64,000 nt of DNA, taken from positions 7,068 through 71,067 of IMG/VR virus record IMGVR_UViG_3300044568_002742. One strand, 5' to 3'. The stretch comes from a virus. The notes under the pieces were generated by a model. That model was not told the origin of the DNA and made no database searches. It was given only the letters and a program-made list of their open reading frames with translations. Positions 27,995 to 38,118 of the stretch are shown here, one piece after another (within the stretch, counting starts at the first letter, position 1; the number at the start of each line of letters is the position of its first letter). Both the position numbers and the translations under genes were made by a program.

Positions 27995-28996
27995 TCAATC
28001 AGTTTTACCAGGTTGAAATTTTTGAAATTGTCCCTTGCTGCCTCTAATGCTAACTGGTGGGACAAAGCCTGTAGTTGGGTTTCTTGAATTAGCGGCGATT
28101 TCTGTTCCGTTATTAAAGCTATTACTTGGGGTATTTTGTCTTACATTTTTAATTTTTGCCTTTTCCCAATTATATCCTGCTTTATGACCGGAGCAATCTT
28201 TTGTACATTGTCTACCGTGGAATGTCAATTCATTAAATATCTCTTCATCCAATTCTTTAAATATTTTCTCCAGTCCTTCCTCGTAGGTGAAGTCTGAGCG
28301 TTTGCCATATTTTGGGTCTTTGAGTAGAATAAGTCCGCCGATTTGAATGGCGCGTGAGCCGGACAGTACTGGTCGTCGATTGCTTCTATCATAGAAGAAA
28401 GAATGTCGTCTAGGGTCCATACCTATTTGTATCCAGTCAGGGTCTGACATGGCAATGTTGGCTTGTTCTCTTGCTTCTTCCGTAGAGGCATTTTCCCACG
28501 ATCCGGTAATAGTCGCTAGTGGATATTTAGAAATTTCCCCTCTGGCGATATGGATTGGGTGACCTTTTTTATCTATTGCGTTATCATGTGAGATATGCAT
28601 GCTGGCATTATTGATAATTGCGGTTGGTTTATGGGAGATTGAATCTCCTATTTGGCCCGTTGAGGTACCGGCATGTATGGTAGGTGCCCAGACGTTATGT
28701 CTCGTATAGGCGGGAATATCTAATCTCAGATGAACAATTTGTCCTTGTGGAATTTCTGCATCGATCTTATCAGCTTGTCCTTTACCCTTAAGACCTCTTT
28801 CTAGGTCTTGTCTGGTTGCGCTTACTGGTAGTTCCTCATAGGGTGTTACTGGACGGTATTTACCGACGAGTTTCCAATATTCTCGTGAGGACATTTCGCC
28901 ATCGTGAACTTTTTGGGCAGCGGCGATCAATTCAGGATGTTTATCATCGAATTCCTTATGTGATTTATTATTTTCAAGTAAGTCTTGTATTTTCAT
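27995..28996 (-). CDS. Hypothetical protein with MKIQDLLE N-terminus
   Basis: LRLDIPAY, MDPRRHSFFY, CTKDCSGH.AGY.W. Confidence 0.7.
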   Translation of the reverse strand: MKIQDLLENNKSHKEFDDKHPELIAAAQKVHDGEMSSREYWKLVGKYRPVTPYEELPVSATRQDLERGLKGKGQADKIDAEIPQGQIVHLRLDIPAYTRHNVWAPTIHAGTSTGQIGDSISHKPTAIINNASMHISHDNAIDKKGHPIHIARGEISKYPLATITGSWENASTEEAREQANIAMSDPDWIQIGMDPRRHSFFYDRSNRRPVLSGSRAIQIGGLILLKDPKYGKRSDFTYEEGLEKIFKELDEEIFNELTFHGRQCTKDCSGHKAGYNWEKAKIKNVRQNTPSNSFNNGTEIAANSRNPTTGFVPPVSIRGSKGQFQKFQPGKTD

Positions 28997-29003
28997 CTAG
29001 TAT

Positions 29004-29714
29004 TTATCCCTTTATACCTGGTATATTGGCATTTGCCCATTCGACTGTGTTGAAAATTTGTTCTACTGAGTGGCTTTCTATTATTCCATGATTGTCCGGT
29101 ACTGGAGGGGATATTTTGTAATCGCTCAATGGTTTAATCTCACTTCCATTTAACCGTAATGCCTTGACGTCTATATTGGAAAATTCCATATTGGGACTTT
29201 CTTTCTTTCCAAAATGATCTAATACTTGTTTTGCGGTATCTTCTTTATTGAGGAAAAAATCATTTGATTTAATCCACAGTACATCTTCGGTCTTTTTCAT
29301 TTTTAGAACACAGGCCGCCCAGAAGATAGCATGAAGTTGCAATATAGTTTCTGGTTCTAAATGTGATAGTTCCGTTCCTTTAATTTCCTTCCACCATGTG
29401 CCATATAGTTGTTTCCTACCGGCAATCCATTCATCACTACAGGTGGTCATTTTAACTAGATATTGGTCGAGTGGTCTATAGAGGAATACTTTTGGACCAG
29501 GTGGTTTAAAGGCTATTATGGTTGCGATACTTTGAAATTTAACAATCGAGTCATAATAATCTGTTATTTCATCAGGGCATTTAGTGTTATTAAACAGACC
29601 GTGTGTCCAAGGTGGTTCACTAAAAGTTTGTTGGCAATTTGACAATAACGAGGTTAGTAATGTCGACCCACATCTGGCAACGTGATATATTTGATAAAGT
29701 TCACTCTCATGCAT
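29004..29714 (-). CDS. Sulfotransferase-like P-loop protein
   Basis: YHVARCGSTLL (PAPS-binding loop-like), SEP, FLYRP; start moved to MHES, which is coupled to the upstream stop. Confidence 0.6.
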   Translation of the reverse strand: MHESELYQIYHVARCGSTLLTSLLSNCQQTFSEPPWTHGLFNNTKCPDEITDYYDSIVKFQSIATIIAFKPPGPKVFLYRPLDQYLVKMTTCSDEWIAGRKQLYGTWWKEIKGTELSHLEPETILQLHAIFWAACVLKMKKTEDVLWIKSNDFFLNKEDTAKQVLDHFGKKESPNMEFSNIDVKALRLNGSEIKPLSDYKISPPVPDNHGIIESHSVEQIFNTVEWANANIPGIKG

Positions 29715-30351
29715 TTTGTATATATTCGTCGGGAGAACGATTAGTAATAGAGAGGAATTGTGATATACAATATCGTCCATTTCCCTCCCAATAGTCATCT
29801 TCATTGATTGCCACTTCCTTTACCGCATGTTGAATATATCCAGGAAAGATAATGATGGAATTATCCTCACAGTTAAAAGTATAATCATATTCTGGAAAAT
29901 ACACCTCCCCACCGGCAAATTGCTTAGGAGTTTTGTGAAAATAAGAGAACAATAAAAAATCGTTCCTCCAATCAGTATGGGGATCATATTTGTCCCCATT
30001 ATAATAATATCTAACTTTTGTAATAAATCGTGATATACGACTAAGCCGTAGATAGGATGGCCATTGTTCTATTGCCGATTGGATAACTTCATTGTTCAAA
30101 ATAGTATTATAGATTGTAAGTATATTGGAAAGTTCAGGTATCCTATATGCTTCTTCTAAACATAACGCACGACTAGATGTACTTCCCCCTAGTCCTCCTG
30201 CACCATGATGAATTCCTGGTAGGAAAAGTTTAGTTTCTTTTGTCAAAAATTTGAGTTCTTCCCATATATCTTTAAGTTGATCTTCATCAAAAAAATTACT
30301 ACCTAGAATATGAGGAAATGGAGTTTTTATTAGCTCTACTGTTCTCATCAT
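29707..30351 (-). CDS. 2OG-Fe(II) oxygenase (prolyl-hydroxylase-like)
   Basis: Y.PHTD, F.GGE..F, IIFP...HAV..V, GRY.I. Confidence 0.85.
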   Translation of the reverse strand: MMRTVELIKTPFPHILGSNFFDEDQLKDIWEELKFLTKETKLFLPGIHHGAGGLGGSTSSRALCLEEAYRIPELSNILTIYNTILNNEVIQSAIEQWPSYLRLSRISRFITKVRYYYNGDKYDPHTDWRNDFLLFSYFHKTPKQFAGGEVYFPEYDYTFNCEDNSIIIFPGYIQHAVKEVAINEDDYWEGNGRYCISQFLSITNRSPDEYIQNA

Positions 30352-30641
30352 AGATGTTCAAAAAATCGTCTAGGTGGTATAGTCTGGCGTGGCAGTAATG
30401 GAGGAGCGACGAAGATATCTTGTTCTGGGTCATACGTCATTCCTATACTGGCAAAGATACCTCTATAATTGCCAGTATAGGAAGTTTGTTTCCAACTGGT
30501 GCCAGGACCATGAAGCATCTGACAAAACGCTATTCCTTGTTGTTCGCTTTCTTGCCCGGTATCATCTATAATATCACTGTTGTCAACAACAATAACTTCT
30601 ATCACTATATTATTTTCGTCTATTTTTGCAAAGTGTGCCAT
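30348..30641 (-). CDS. Fibre-associated small phage protein
   Basis: MAHFAKID.NN.V..V.V, W.QTSY, IG.TYD...D.F. Confidence 0.7.
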   Translation of the reverse strand: MAHFAKIDENNIVIEVIVVDNSDIIDDTGQESEQQGIAFCQMLHGPGTSWKQTSYTGNYRGIFASIGMTYDPEQDIFVAPPLLPRQTIPPRRFFEHL

Positions 30642-30647
30642 AATCTT

Positions 30648-33236
30648 TTAATTAAATGTTAATGTTCCAGAACCTGTAAATTCATGGAAGAAATATGCAG
30701 TTCCGCCTACGGTTGCCGTATAGGTAGAACCGCCCCCTGTTGCTTTCGCTACTGAACCGGGATATCGAATAATTATTATACCGGACCCACCCGTTGAAGA
30801 AACTGGTGTTAACGCACTAGATGATCCTCTAGCACCGCCTCCGGTATTTGCTGGAGCTGAAGCAATCGTAGGATATGTGGAACTTCCATTATTTCCGCTA
30901 GTTCCGAGATTACCTGCACCATCAGCGCCTCCGCCTCCGCCACCACCATAAGCAACAATGTTTGCAACGCCTCCTTTAAATAACGCTAAGTCATATCCTG
31001 TACCACCAGTAGCACCATTGTTTGACGTTACATTGGCTCCAACACTGTTTTTCCCACCGCCGCCACCGGAACCGGTAACGGTACCCTGTGTTGTGCCTGC
31101 TGTTCCGCCAGCATATCCCTGTCCCGATATTCCAGTTCCCACTACAGAAGATGCTAGTGGGTAATTATATGACGCCCCAGCCCCCGATCCTCCATTTCTA
31201 CTAACAGAAGATACACCTTCTGGTGCGCCATTCCCACCACCTATAGCTGTGGTAACTGCTGCCCCACCAGAAGTTAATGCATAATAGGAATTTGACGCTA
31301 CAGTAGTGGCACCTCCTCCAGCACCAACTGTAATATAAAGAACTTGTCCAGTAGTACTGCTACCGGTAGTGGTTAATAATCCACCAGCGCCTCCGCCTCC
31401 TGCGCCAATATGTCGAGCTGCGACGACATCATCATCAGCCAAGCCAGCTGGTGCATAAGACACATATGTAGTGGCGGTGGCACCACCACCACCCATGAGT
31501 AACATATCCCATGAGACAGCTGCAGCTGTTGGAGTAACTTGATTACTTATAGTACTTGCCGAACTTGTCCCTGCTGAGTTAGTAGCCGTAACAGTAAAGG
31601 TATAAGGAGTGCCAGCTGTTAATCCAGCAACGGTAATTGTACCAGACCCTGCTTGACTTACCATACCGGTAATTCCACCCGGGTTACTTGTTGCCGTATA
31701 GGTGGTAATTGTTGCTCCACCGTTTGCCGATGGAGCATAGAAAGGTACTGAAGCCTGTTCTACTCCAGCAGTTACTCTTCCAATAATTGGTGCTAATGGT
31801 ACGTTTGCTGTAACTGCACTTGTACTGTTTGAATTAGCCGATATTGATCCACCAGAATTAGTGGCAGTTACTACACATCGTATGGTTGATCCAACATATG
31901 TCTGGTCAATCACATAGGTGTTTGAAGTGGCACTTGGTATATTGGTTGTTCCATATTGCCATTGATACAAATAAGTTATACCCGTACCTGTCCAAGTACC
32001 AGTAGTACTTGATAGAGTTTGTCTTACCTGTGCGGTTCCTGATACCACTGGTGCTACGGTATTGACTGCGATTGCTACCGGGGGTGTGATTTGATTACTT
32101 GGACTACTTGCTGAACTTGTCCCTACTGAGTTAGTAGCCGTAACGGTAAATGTATAATCAGTTGATTGTGCCAAACCATTAACTGTAATGGTACCAGATC
32201 CCGCTTGACTTAACGTACCGGTAATTCCGCCAGGGCTACTTGTTGCCGTATAGGTGGTAATAGTTGCCCCGCCATTATCAGTTGGTGCTGTAAATGCCAC
32301 AGTTGCTGAAGTTGATGAGGTTGCTGTTGCTGTTCCTATAGTTGGAGCCAACGGTACAACTGCGGTTATCGCAGTGGTATTATTTGAATTAGCCAATACA
32401 GCACCACCACTATTAGTGGCAGTTACTACACATCGTATGGTTGACCCAGAGTATGTTGGTTCAACTACATAGGTGCTTGATGTTGCACTTGGTATATTGG
32501 TTGTTCCATATTGCCATTGATACGAGTAAGTTATACCTGTACCTGTCCAAGTACCAGTAGTACTTGATAGGGGTTGTCTTACCTGTGTGGTTCCTGATGC
32601 CACTGGTGCTACGGTATTGACTGGAACTGGCGTTCCTACTGTAACTTGATTACTTGGACTACTTGCTGAACTTGTCCCTACTGAGTTAGTAGCCGTAACA
32701 GTAAATGTATAAGGCGTGCCGTTTGTCAATCCATTAACTGTAATGGTACCAGACCCTGCTTGACTTAATGTGCCGGTAATTCCGCCCGGGTTACTTGTTG
32801 CCGTATAGGTGGTAATAGTTGCCCCGCCATTATCAGTTGGTGCTGTAAATGCCACGGTTGCTGAAGTTGGGGATACCCCAGCTGCTATTCCTATAGTTGG
32901 TGCCGATGGCACAGCGGCGATAACCGCAGTGGTATTTGTGGTATTAGCTGAAATTATGTTTCCAAAATTTGATGCCGTGACCACACATCGTATGGCTGAT
33001 CCAACATATGTCTGGTCAATCACATAGGTGCTTGATGTGGCACTTGGTATATTGGTTGTTCCATATTGCCATTGATACGAGTAAGTTATTCCAAATCCCG
33101 TCCATGTCCCTGTTGAAACGCTCAATAGTTGTCTTGCTTGTGTGGTACCAGATATAACTGGCACTACTGTATTGACCGGGCGTGGGAATGTCGTATATGT
33201 AAGTCCTTTATTTGCTAATGTGGTAATCCGTGGCAT
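30648..33236 (-). CDS. Tail-fibre/virion protein with three Ig-like + FN3 repeat units and a glycine-rich C-terminus
   Basis: Repeated P.NTVAP..SGT..V...L....GTW and P.AP.IG...FTAP..NGG..IT.Y...YTFTVTATN..G; GGG-rich tail ending GGSGIIIIRY. Confidence 0.8.
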   Translation of the reverse strand: MPRITTLANKGLTYTTFPRPVNTVVPVISGTTQARQLLSVSTGTWTGFGITYSYQWQYGTTNIPSATSSTYVIDQTYVGSAIRCVVTASNFGNIISANTTNTTAVIAAVPSAPTIGIAAGVSPTSATVAFTAPTDNGGATITTYTATSNPGGITGTLSQAGSGTITVNGLTNGTPYTFTVTATNSVGTSSASSPSNQVTVGTPVPVNTVAPVASGTTQVRQPLSSTTGTWTGTGITYSYQWQYGTTNIPSATSSTYVVEPTYSGSTIRCVVTATNSGGAVLANSNNTTAITAVVPLAPTIGTATATSSTSATVAFTAPTDNGGATITTYTATSSPGGITGTLSQAGSGTITVNGLAQSTDYTFTVTATNSVGTSSASSPSNQITPPVAIAVNTVAPVVSGTAQVRQTLSSTTGTWTGTGITYLYQWQYGTTNIPSATSNTYVIDQTYVGSTIRCVVTATNSGGSISANSNSTSAVTANVPLAPIIGRVTAGVEQASVPFYAPSANGGATITTYTATSNPGGITGMVSQAGSGTITVAGLTAGTPYTFTVTATNSAGTSSASTISNQVTPTAAAVSWDMLLMGGGGATATTYVSYAPAGLADDDVVAARHIGAGGGGAGGLLTTTGSSTTGQVLYITVGAGGGATTVASNSYYALTSGGAAVTTAIGGGNGAPEGVSSVSRNGGSGAGASYNYPLASSVVGTGISGQGYAGGTAGTTQGTVTGSGGGGGKNSVGANVTSNNGATGGTGYDLALFKGGVANIVAYGGGGGGGADGAGNLGTSGNNGSSTYPTIASAPANTGGGARGSSSALTPVSSTGGSGIIIIRYPGSVAKATGGGSTYTATVGGTAYFFHEFTGSGTLTFN

Positions 33237-33242
33237 ATATTA

Positions 33243-34181
33243 TTACCCGTAAGTGCCCAGTGACCCAGTCACCGTATAGCTACTAGTAGCGGTACAGATA
33301 AATGTAAAACTTACAAAATCAGTTTTATTCGCATATCCGGCAGGGGTAACACCAGCTAACCATTTAATAGTTTGACTGGCTGAATTAATAGTTAATACAT
33401 TTGGAATATAAGCAGTTGATCCTTGTGAAATAATTATCGTAACGGACATCGTCTGTCCGGCAGTAGTTGGTATATTTGTAAAATTTGCGGTAATATTTGC
33501 CGCATTGCTCCCTAATGTAAAAATTCCACCAGAGGAAAAATCAAGTGTTACTGCGTTTAATATAATTGATGTACTTGTAAATTTTTCAACAGTTTGCTGT
33601 ATAGTAGTCGCACCAGTTAATGTCACCCCTGATATTGTCGGGGTTGTGTCAAATACAATTTTTCCAGTTCCAGTTGCGCCAGTTGCCGTAACTCCTTCCA
33701 CTGTAATATGTCCAGTAAATGACGGACTTGCTAATGGTGCTTTTGCTGATAATGCGGTGGTAATAGTGCTTGCATAATTTGCATCATCGCCTAATGCTGC
33801 TGCTAATTCATTTAATGTGTCAAGAGCTGGTGGGGCAGCATCAAGTAAATCACTGATAGCAGTAGAAATGGCAGAATTCATATCGACCGTATCTGTGTAG
33901 CTGGCCAGTGTTAAACTTGTCACATACGAGGTTAATGTTTCAGTCAGTTCAATATCTGTCACATATGGGTTCAATGCAGTGGTCAGTTCACTTTGACTTA
34001 TTGTATTGTCATTGACCCACGCCTGTGATGCTAATGACCTACCACCTCTCAATGATCCATCCATGATACGAATAGTTTGGTTGGTGTTATCATAGAAAAT
34101 TTCTCCAACTTCGCCTGTTTTTTTATCAAGTACAGTTGAAGAATTTGCTATTAATCTTATTGATCGATTTACGGTTGTCAT
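33243..34181 (-). CDS. Tail-fibre-like structural protein
   Basis: APPALDTLNELAAALGDD...KAPLASPSFTG motif. Confidence 0.75.
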   Translation of the reverse strand: MTTVNRSIRLIANSSTVLDKKTGEVGEIFYDNTNQTIRIMDGSLRGGRSLASQAWVNDNTISQSELTTALNPYVTDIELTETLTSYVTSLTLASYTDTVDMNSAISTAISDLLDAAPPALDTLNELAAALGDDANYASTITTALSAKAPLASPSFTGHITVEGVTATGATGTGKIVFDTTPTISGVTLTGATTIQQTVEKFTSTSIILNAVTLDFSSGGIFTLGSNAANITANFTNIPTTAGQTMSVTIIISQGSTAYIPNVLTINSASQTIKWLAGVTPAGYANKTDFVSFTFICTATSSYTVTGSLGTYG

Positions 34182-34212
34182 TATACTAATCCTTGTAGAT
34201 TAGTATTTATAT

Positions 34213-35607
34213 CTATTCTGGGAAGTTATTTAAAAGATCTCTAAGTTTACTACTTTTGATCTCTGCGGTAACTTTACCAATTTCAGCCCCGTTAGTTGGG
34301 TCTATTACTGAGCTTTTTTGTTTAAGGTTATTCAAAAGATTGCTACCGGTAGATTGAGCGGCGTCATAATCATTTTCATCACAATCTGTTATCCGCAAAG
34401 TATCGATATCATACTCCAAATCTATCTTCATACCAACGCCACTTGAGCTTCTAGTTTTCATAAGTTGTATTTGATACCTACCACGTTCACGCATAGCTCT
34501 ACTTGTAAAGATACCAAACACGTTATCGGCAGTTTGTATCTTAGATAGTCCACCTGATATATGACTATGATCAAATTCAACTTCTTCAACCGCACCTCTA
34601 TTCAGCTGTGCCGCTGTGACAAATATACAGTTCTTTTCCACAGCCAAATTTCTAAGTTCCTCACTAACGTATTTGTCTTTGATAAACAAATCAGTTGGGC
34701 TAATCTTTTTGCTTATGGGCATGAGTAGATCCAAGTAATCCACTAATAATACATCAACTTTGCGTCCAAGTTTAATTTCGTATTCTTTAAGATACGCTCT
34801 AATATCGTTAGCAGTTTTACCGCTTGGCATATATTTTACTTGGAATGTACCAGATTTCTTACCAATCATTTTAACTTTTATTTCTACATCGTCTAGATTC
34901 TTAAACACTTCTCTAGTTGGTATTCCAGTAAGCATACTATCAATACGCATACTCACAAGTTCTTCACTAAGTTCAAGTGTTAAGTACACAACATTCAATC
35001 CTTGTAATGCCCAGTTACATCCTAGATTAGCCAAAAATAAACTTTTACCAGCACCAGAACCTCCAGCAAAGATATTCAATTCTCCTCGATTCATACCGCC
35101 AAATAGTTTATCATCAACTGATTTCCAACCAGTGGTTATCTGTCCATTCTTATCTTTAATCTTCATAAGTCTAGTTCTTGGATCTAAGAAATAGTCAGTA
35201 CCAAGATCTTTCTGCAAACCTACTTGTAATGCTTTTTTAATTATAGCCTCCACAGGACCATATTCACCCTTTTCAAGTAAGTCAGATGATTCTAGGATTG
35301 CTTTTTCAAGACCTTTATGTATAATAAAAGTTTCAAAGTCGTTTAACAGCCAATCAAAGTGTTCTTCTTTTAAATCGTATGATACTTTAAAGTTGCTATT
35401 AGTAGCTGCATTTATTATGTCTTGAGTGGGCATTATATTATGATTTTCTACATATTCATTAATAAATGCTGCGGCTTGTTGTAGTTTTCGATCAAACAAT
35501 GTATGATCAAAAATGCTTTGACATCTAGCAAATGTAGCTGCATCTGCAAGCATCATTTCTAAATATAATTTTTGTATATCGTGTCCATAATCTATGTTTT
35601 GTTTCAT
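34213..35607 (-). CDS. Replicative DnaB-like helicase (T4 gp41-like)
   Basis: GGSGAGKS, TLELSE, VDYLD, AQLNR, SKIQTAD, MKTR; start set at MKQNIDY with AGGA RBS. Confidence 0.9.
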   Translation of the reverse strand: MKQNIDYGHDIQKLYLEMMLADAATFARCQSIFDHTLFDRKLQQAAAFINEYVENHNIMPTQDIINAATNSNFKVSYDLKEEHFDWLLNDFETFIIHKGLEKAILESSDLLEKGEYGPVEAIIKKALQVGLQKDLGTDYFLDPRTRLMKIKDKNGQITTGWKSVDDKLFGGMNRGELNIFAGGSGAGKSLFLANLGCNWALQGLNVVYLTLELSEELVSMRIDSMLTGIPTREVFKNLDDVEIKVKMIGKKSGTFQVKYMPSGKTANDIRAYLKEYEIKLGRKVDVLLVDYLDLLMPISKKISPTDLFIKDKYVSEELRNLAVEKNCIFVTAAQLNRGAVEEVEFDHSHISGGLSKIQTADNVFGIFTSRAMRERGRYQIQLMKTRSSSGVGMKIDLEYDIDTLRITDCDENDYDAAQSTGSNLLNNLKQKSSVIDPTNGAEIGKVTAEIKSSKLRDLLNNFPE

Positions 35608-35791
35608 AATTTCCTGTATCCTGTATCTAGTTATTAATTCTTTTTGGTATATCGTGTCCATAATCTATGTTTTGTTTCATAATTTCCTGTATCCTGTATC
35701 TAGTTATTAATTCTTTTTGTATATCGTGTCCATAATCTATGTTTTGTTTCATAATTTCCTGTATCCTGTATCTAGTTATTAATTCTTTTTG
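35574..35791. repeat. Three tandem 72-73-bp copies spanning the helicase start
   Basis: Copies at 35574, 35647, 35719. Confidence 0.9.
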
Positions 35792-35974
35792 GTATATATT
35801 GTTCCATTCTTCCTGTGTACTAATATTAAAACATAAGTTAATAGCAGTTTGTGCATCTATATCAGAGACTAGTTCTGTGTTTAATAGTTCTAATAGTTCA
35901 TCAAACACAGATTGTGGTAAGCCTAAACCATCGGGTCCTCCATGTTTAGGTATTTTAATCACTCTCTGAACCAT
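35627..35974 (-). CDS. Hypothetical protein whose C-terminus runs through the tandem repeat
   Basis: ORF track; QKELITRYRIQEIMKQNIDYGHDI occurs twice. Confidence 0.45.
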   Translation of the reverse strand: MVQRVIKIPKHGGPDGLGLPQSVFDELLELLNTELVSDIDAQTAINLCFNISTQEEWNNIYQKELITRYRIQEIMKQNIDYGHDIQKELITRYRIQEIMKQNIDYGHDIPKRINN

Positions 35975-36927
35975 TTCTTTGCTCTAAGTCTTATCTTCAA
36001 TGGATATGTTTCTATTGATTGTTTAATCAGCCATAAGGTTGCCAATCTACCTAATTTAACCACCGCATCATTTACATCTTTGATGCCGTCTGGCCATTCT
36101 GGCATACTAACGCTCCAACCATATTCAATTGCTTGTTCGACAGTTTTTGGACCCTCATGATCTCTATCTGGAACTAATACGATTTCTTTACCGAGTTGTT
36201 TTAATAGCCAATATTGACTTTCTTTAATTTCCGATCCCATGATAGAACATCCCTGAATACTAATGGCATCAATTGGTCCTTCGCATACTATGACGAAAGT
36301 TCTATCATCATGTTGAGCATCGATATTGAATACATACCCGGGTTGTTGATCTGATAGATATTTTGGCTTGGCATCATTAATAGCTCTAGCGGTATATCCA
36401 ACTATTTCGTTCTTGTAATAGAATGGTATTATCAATCTATTATCATAACCAATTTTTGGCGTCCAATAAAAATTATAATCAGTCAAATATAGATTTCTAC
36501 CATTAAGGTATTCTAAAATTGGTACTAGCTTGGTCGGCATATCGTCTAATAAATCCATAATGGCTACTGCATCGATAGGCAATGCCCTACTGGTAAATTT
36601 AGGAATAGGAGAAATAACAGCCAAGGTACTTTGTTCATGTAATAGCCGTAATGCTTCAAAGCTCAACTGAGTAATTGTTGAATCGCCGACACCAAGATGA
36701 GTCAGGAACTCTTTCATATTTTTACTTAATGAACGACCTGGTTGCCAACTTGCTTTAACGCCACAATTAAAGCAATGATAACTAACTGCATCACCGGCAT
36801 TGAATATCAATCCACCACGTTGTCTTTTATCATCACAACACGGGGCGTTAAACGAAATCCACCCACTAGGAGTTTGTTTTCGTTTAGCTGGAAGGTATGA
36901 AAGGATTGTTTCTGTTATAATGCTCAT
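35959..36927 (-). CDS. DNA primase (T4 gp61-like, Zn finger + TOPRIM)
   Basis: PCC...YHCFNC, RLIIPF, GYTAR, VCEGPIDA, PDRD..G, KDVND. Confidence 0.85.
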   Translation of the reverse strand: MSIITETILSYLPAKRKQTPSGWISFNAPCCDDKRQRGGLIFNAGDAVSYHCFNCGVKASWQPGRSLSKNMKEFLTHLGVGDSTITQLSFEALRLLHEQSTLAVISPIPKFTSRALPIDAVAIMDLLDDMPTKLVPILEYLNGRNLYLTDYNFYWTPKIGYDNRLIIPFYYKNEIVGYTARAINDAKPKYLSDQQPGYVFNIDAQHDDRTFVIVCEGPIDAISIQGCSIMGSEIKESQYWLLKQLGKEIVLVPDRDHEGPKTVEQAIEYGWSVSMPEWPDGIKDVNDAVVKLGRLATLWLIKQSIETYPLKIRLRAKKWFRE

Positions 36928-36935
36928 ATAGAGCT

Positions 36936-36964
36936 ATTATACTACATTACGGTGATGTTGTCAA
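36936..36964 (-). promoter_or_regulatory. sigma70 promoter for primase
   Basis: TTGACA-17-TATAAT, 8 nt before the ATG. Confidence 0.7.
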
Positions 36965-38024
36965 GTAATCCTGAATAATTAACACCAGAAACTACACTAG
37001 TACCATTTCCAACAGCGGCTGTACCAATCCACGTTATGCCACTAATAGAACCCATTGTGTAACTAGATCCTATTCCAGCTACGGAAGTAACCGTGACGAT
37101 TACATCATTAATACCATCGACCCCGCCTAGTTGTCCACCTAAAATTTTAATTAACGCTCCAGCCATATAACCAGTTCCACTATTGCGAACAATCACCTGA
37201 TATGATTCATTTGACCGAATCACGTCGAAGTTTGCCCCGATTCCAGTCTGGGATGTCGCTTGATAGGATATTCTAAAATATTTGTAAGAATTCACTGGTA
37301 TGTTTGAGCCGAATGGAATAATTCCTGTGAACAATCCATCGGCTGGAAGTTGTGTCCATGAACCAAATGGCTTACCCGCCGCCCTAAATGCCTCTACGGA
37401 AATCGTTTCATTGGTCGTCGCATCTATCCATATAGTACCGACGAAGCCAGTTACCTGTATGGCAAATGTCATAGTAGGGGTAGTAACTGCCTCATAGAAG
37501 GTAGCTGGTATTGCGCTAGAGTGATATATGGGGTTGCCATGTAGATCAATTTCTGCAGTAAAGGATTTATAGATTCTTTCGTTTCTTATTACTGGCATTG
37601 CGTCACCGACTAATTCTATGGTGCCAACTGCTCCAAATTTAGAATTAGCATATAACATCACATCATTGCCATTTTTAATGGCGCTGACGCTATATTTGAG
37701 ATATTGCTCGGTCAAGTCAACCAGGTCTTCTTGTGGGATAATAGTTGTACCGATACCTTTGATAAGAGTTGGCGTAATGACATATGGGCTATTTGGGAGT
37801 GCATACCCACTAGCATCCATGACATTCATTTCTATTTGACTAATGGTTGTTAGATCTATTCGTTTTTGATCAGCATTTTTAATGTCGAACTCAATAGTAT
37901 TATCAATACCATTATATATTTTTATATTTCGTTGATACACGTTTGTAAACTCCACGGAAAATCCGGCCAGATCAGCTAAAAGCTCTACTCTATTTGGGTA
38001 TAAATAACTTGATATTTTTTGCAT
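36942..38024 (-). CDS. Hypothetical (probably structural) protein
   Basis: 360-aa ORF, TAAATA upstream. Confidence 0.7.
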   Translation of the reverse strand: MQKISSYLYPNRVELLADLAGFSVEFTNVYQRNIKIYNGIDNTIEFDIKNADQKRIDLTTISQIEMNVMDASGYALPNSPYVITPTLIKGIGTTIIPQEDLVDLTEQYLKYSVSAIKNGNDVMLYANSKFGAVGTIELVGDAMPVIRNERIYKSFTAEIDLHGNPIYHSSAIPATFYEAVTTPTMTFAIQVTGFVGTIWIDATTNETISVEAFRAAGKPFGSWTQLPADGLFTGIIPFGSNIPVNSYKYFRISYQATSQTGIGANFDVIRSNESYQVIVRNSGTGYMAGALIKILGGQLGGVDGINDVIVTVTSVAGIGSSYTMGSISGITWIGTAAVGNGTSVVSGVNYSGLLDNITVM

Positions 38025-38118
38025 ACAGCCAAAATCCTTTTAATTGGTGAATTGTTAAACACCTGATTAATATATTTATCGTAATGTTATATGATAAATA
38101 TTTCCATGGAAATTATAA

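Noticed and set aside
31540-33200. Long internal DNA repeats suggesting a DGR template/variable pair
   Set aside because: They are in-frame Ig/FN3 domain duplications; differences are not adenine-specific and no reverse transcriptase is present in the window.
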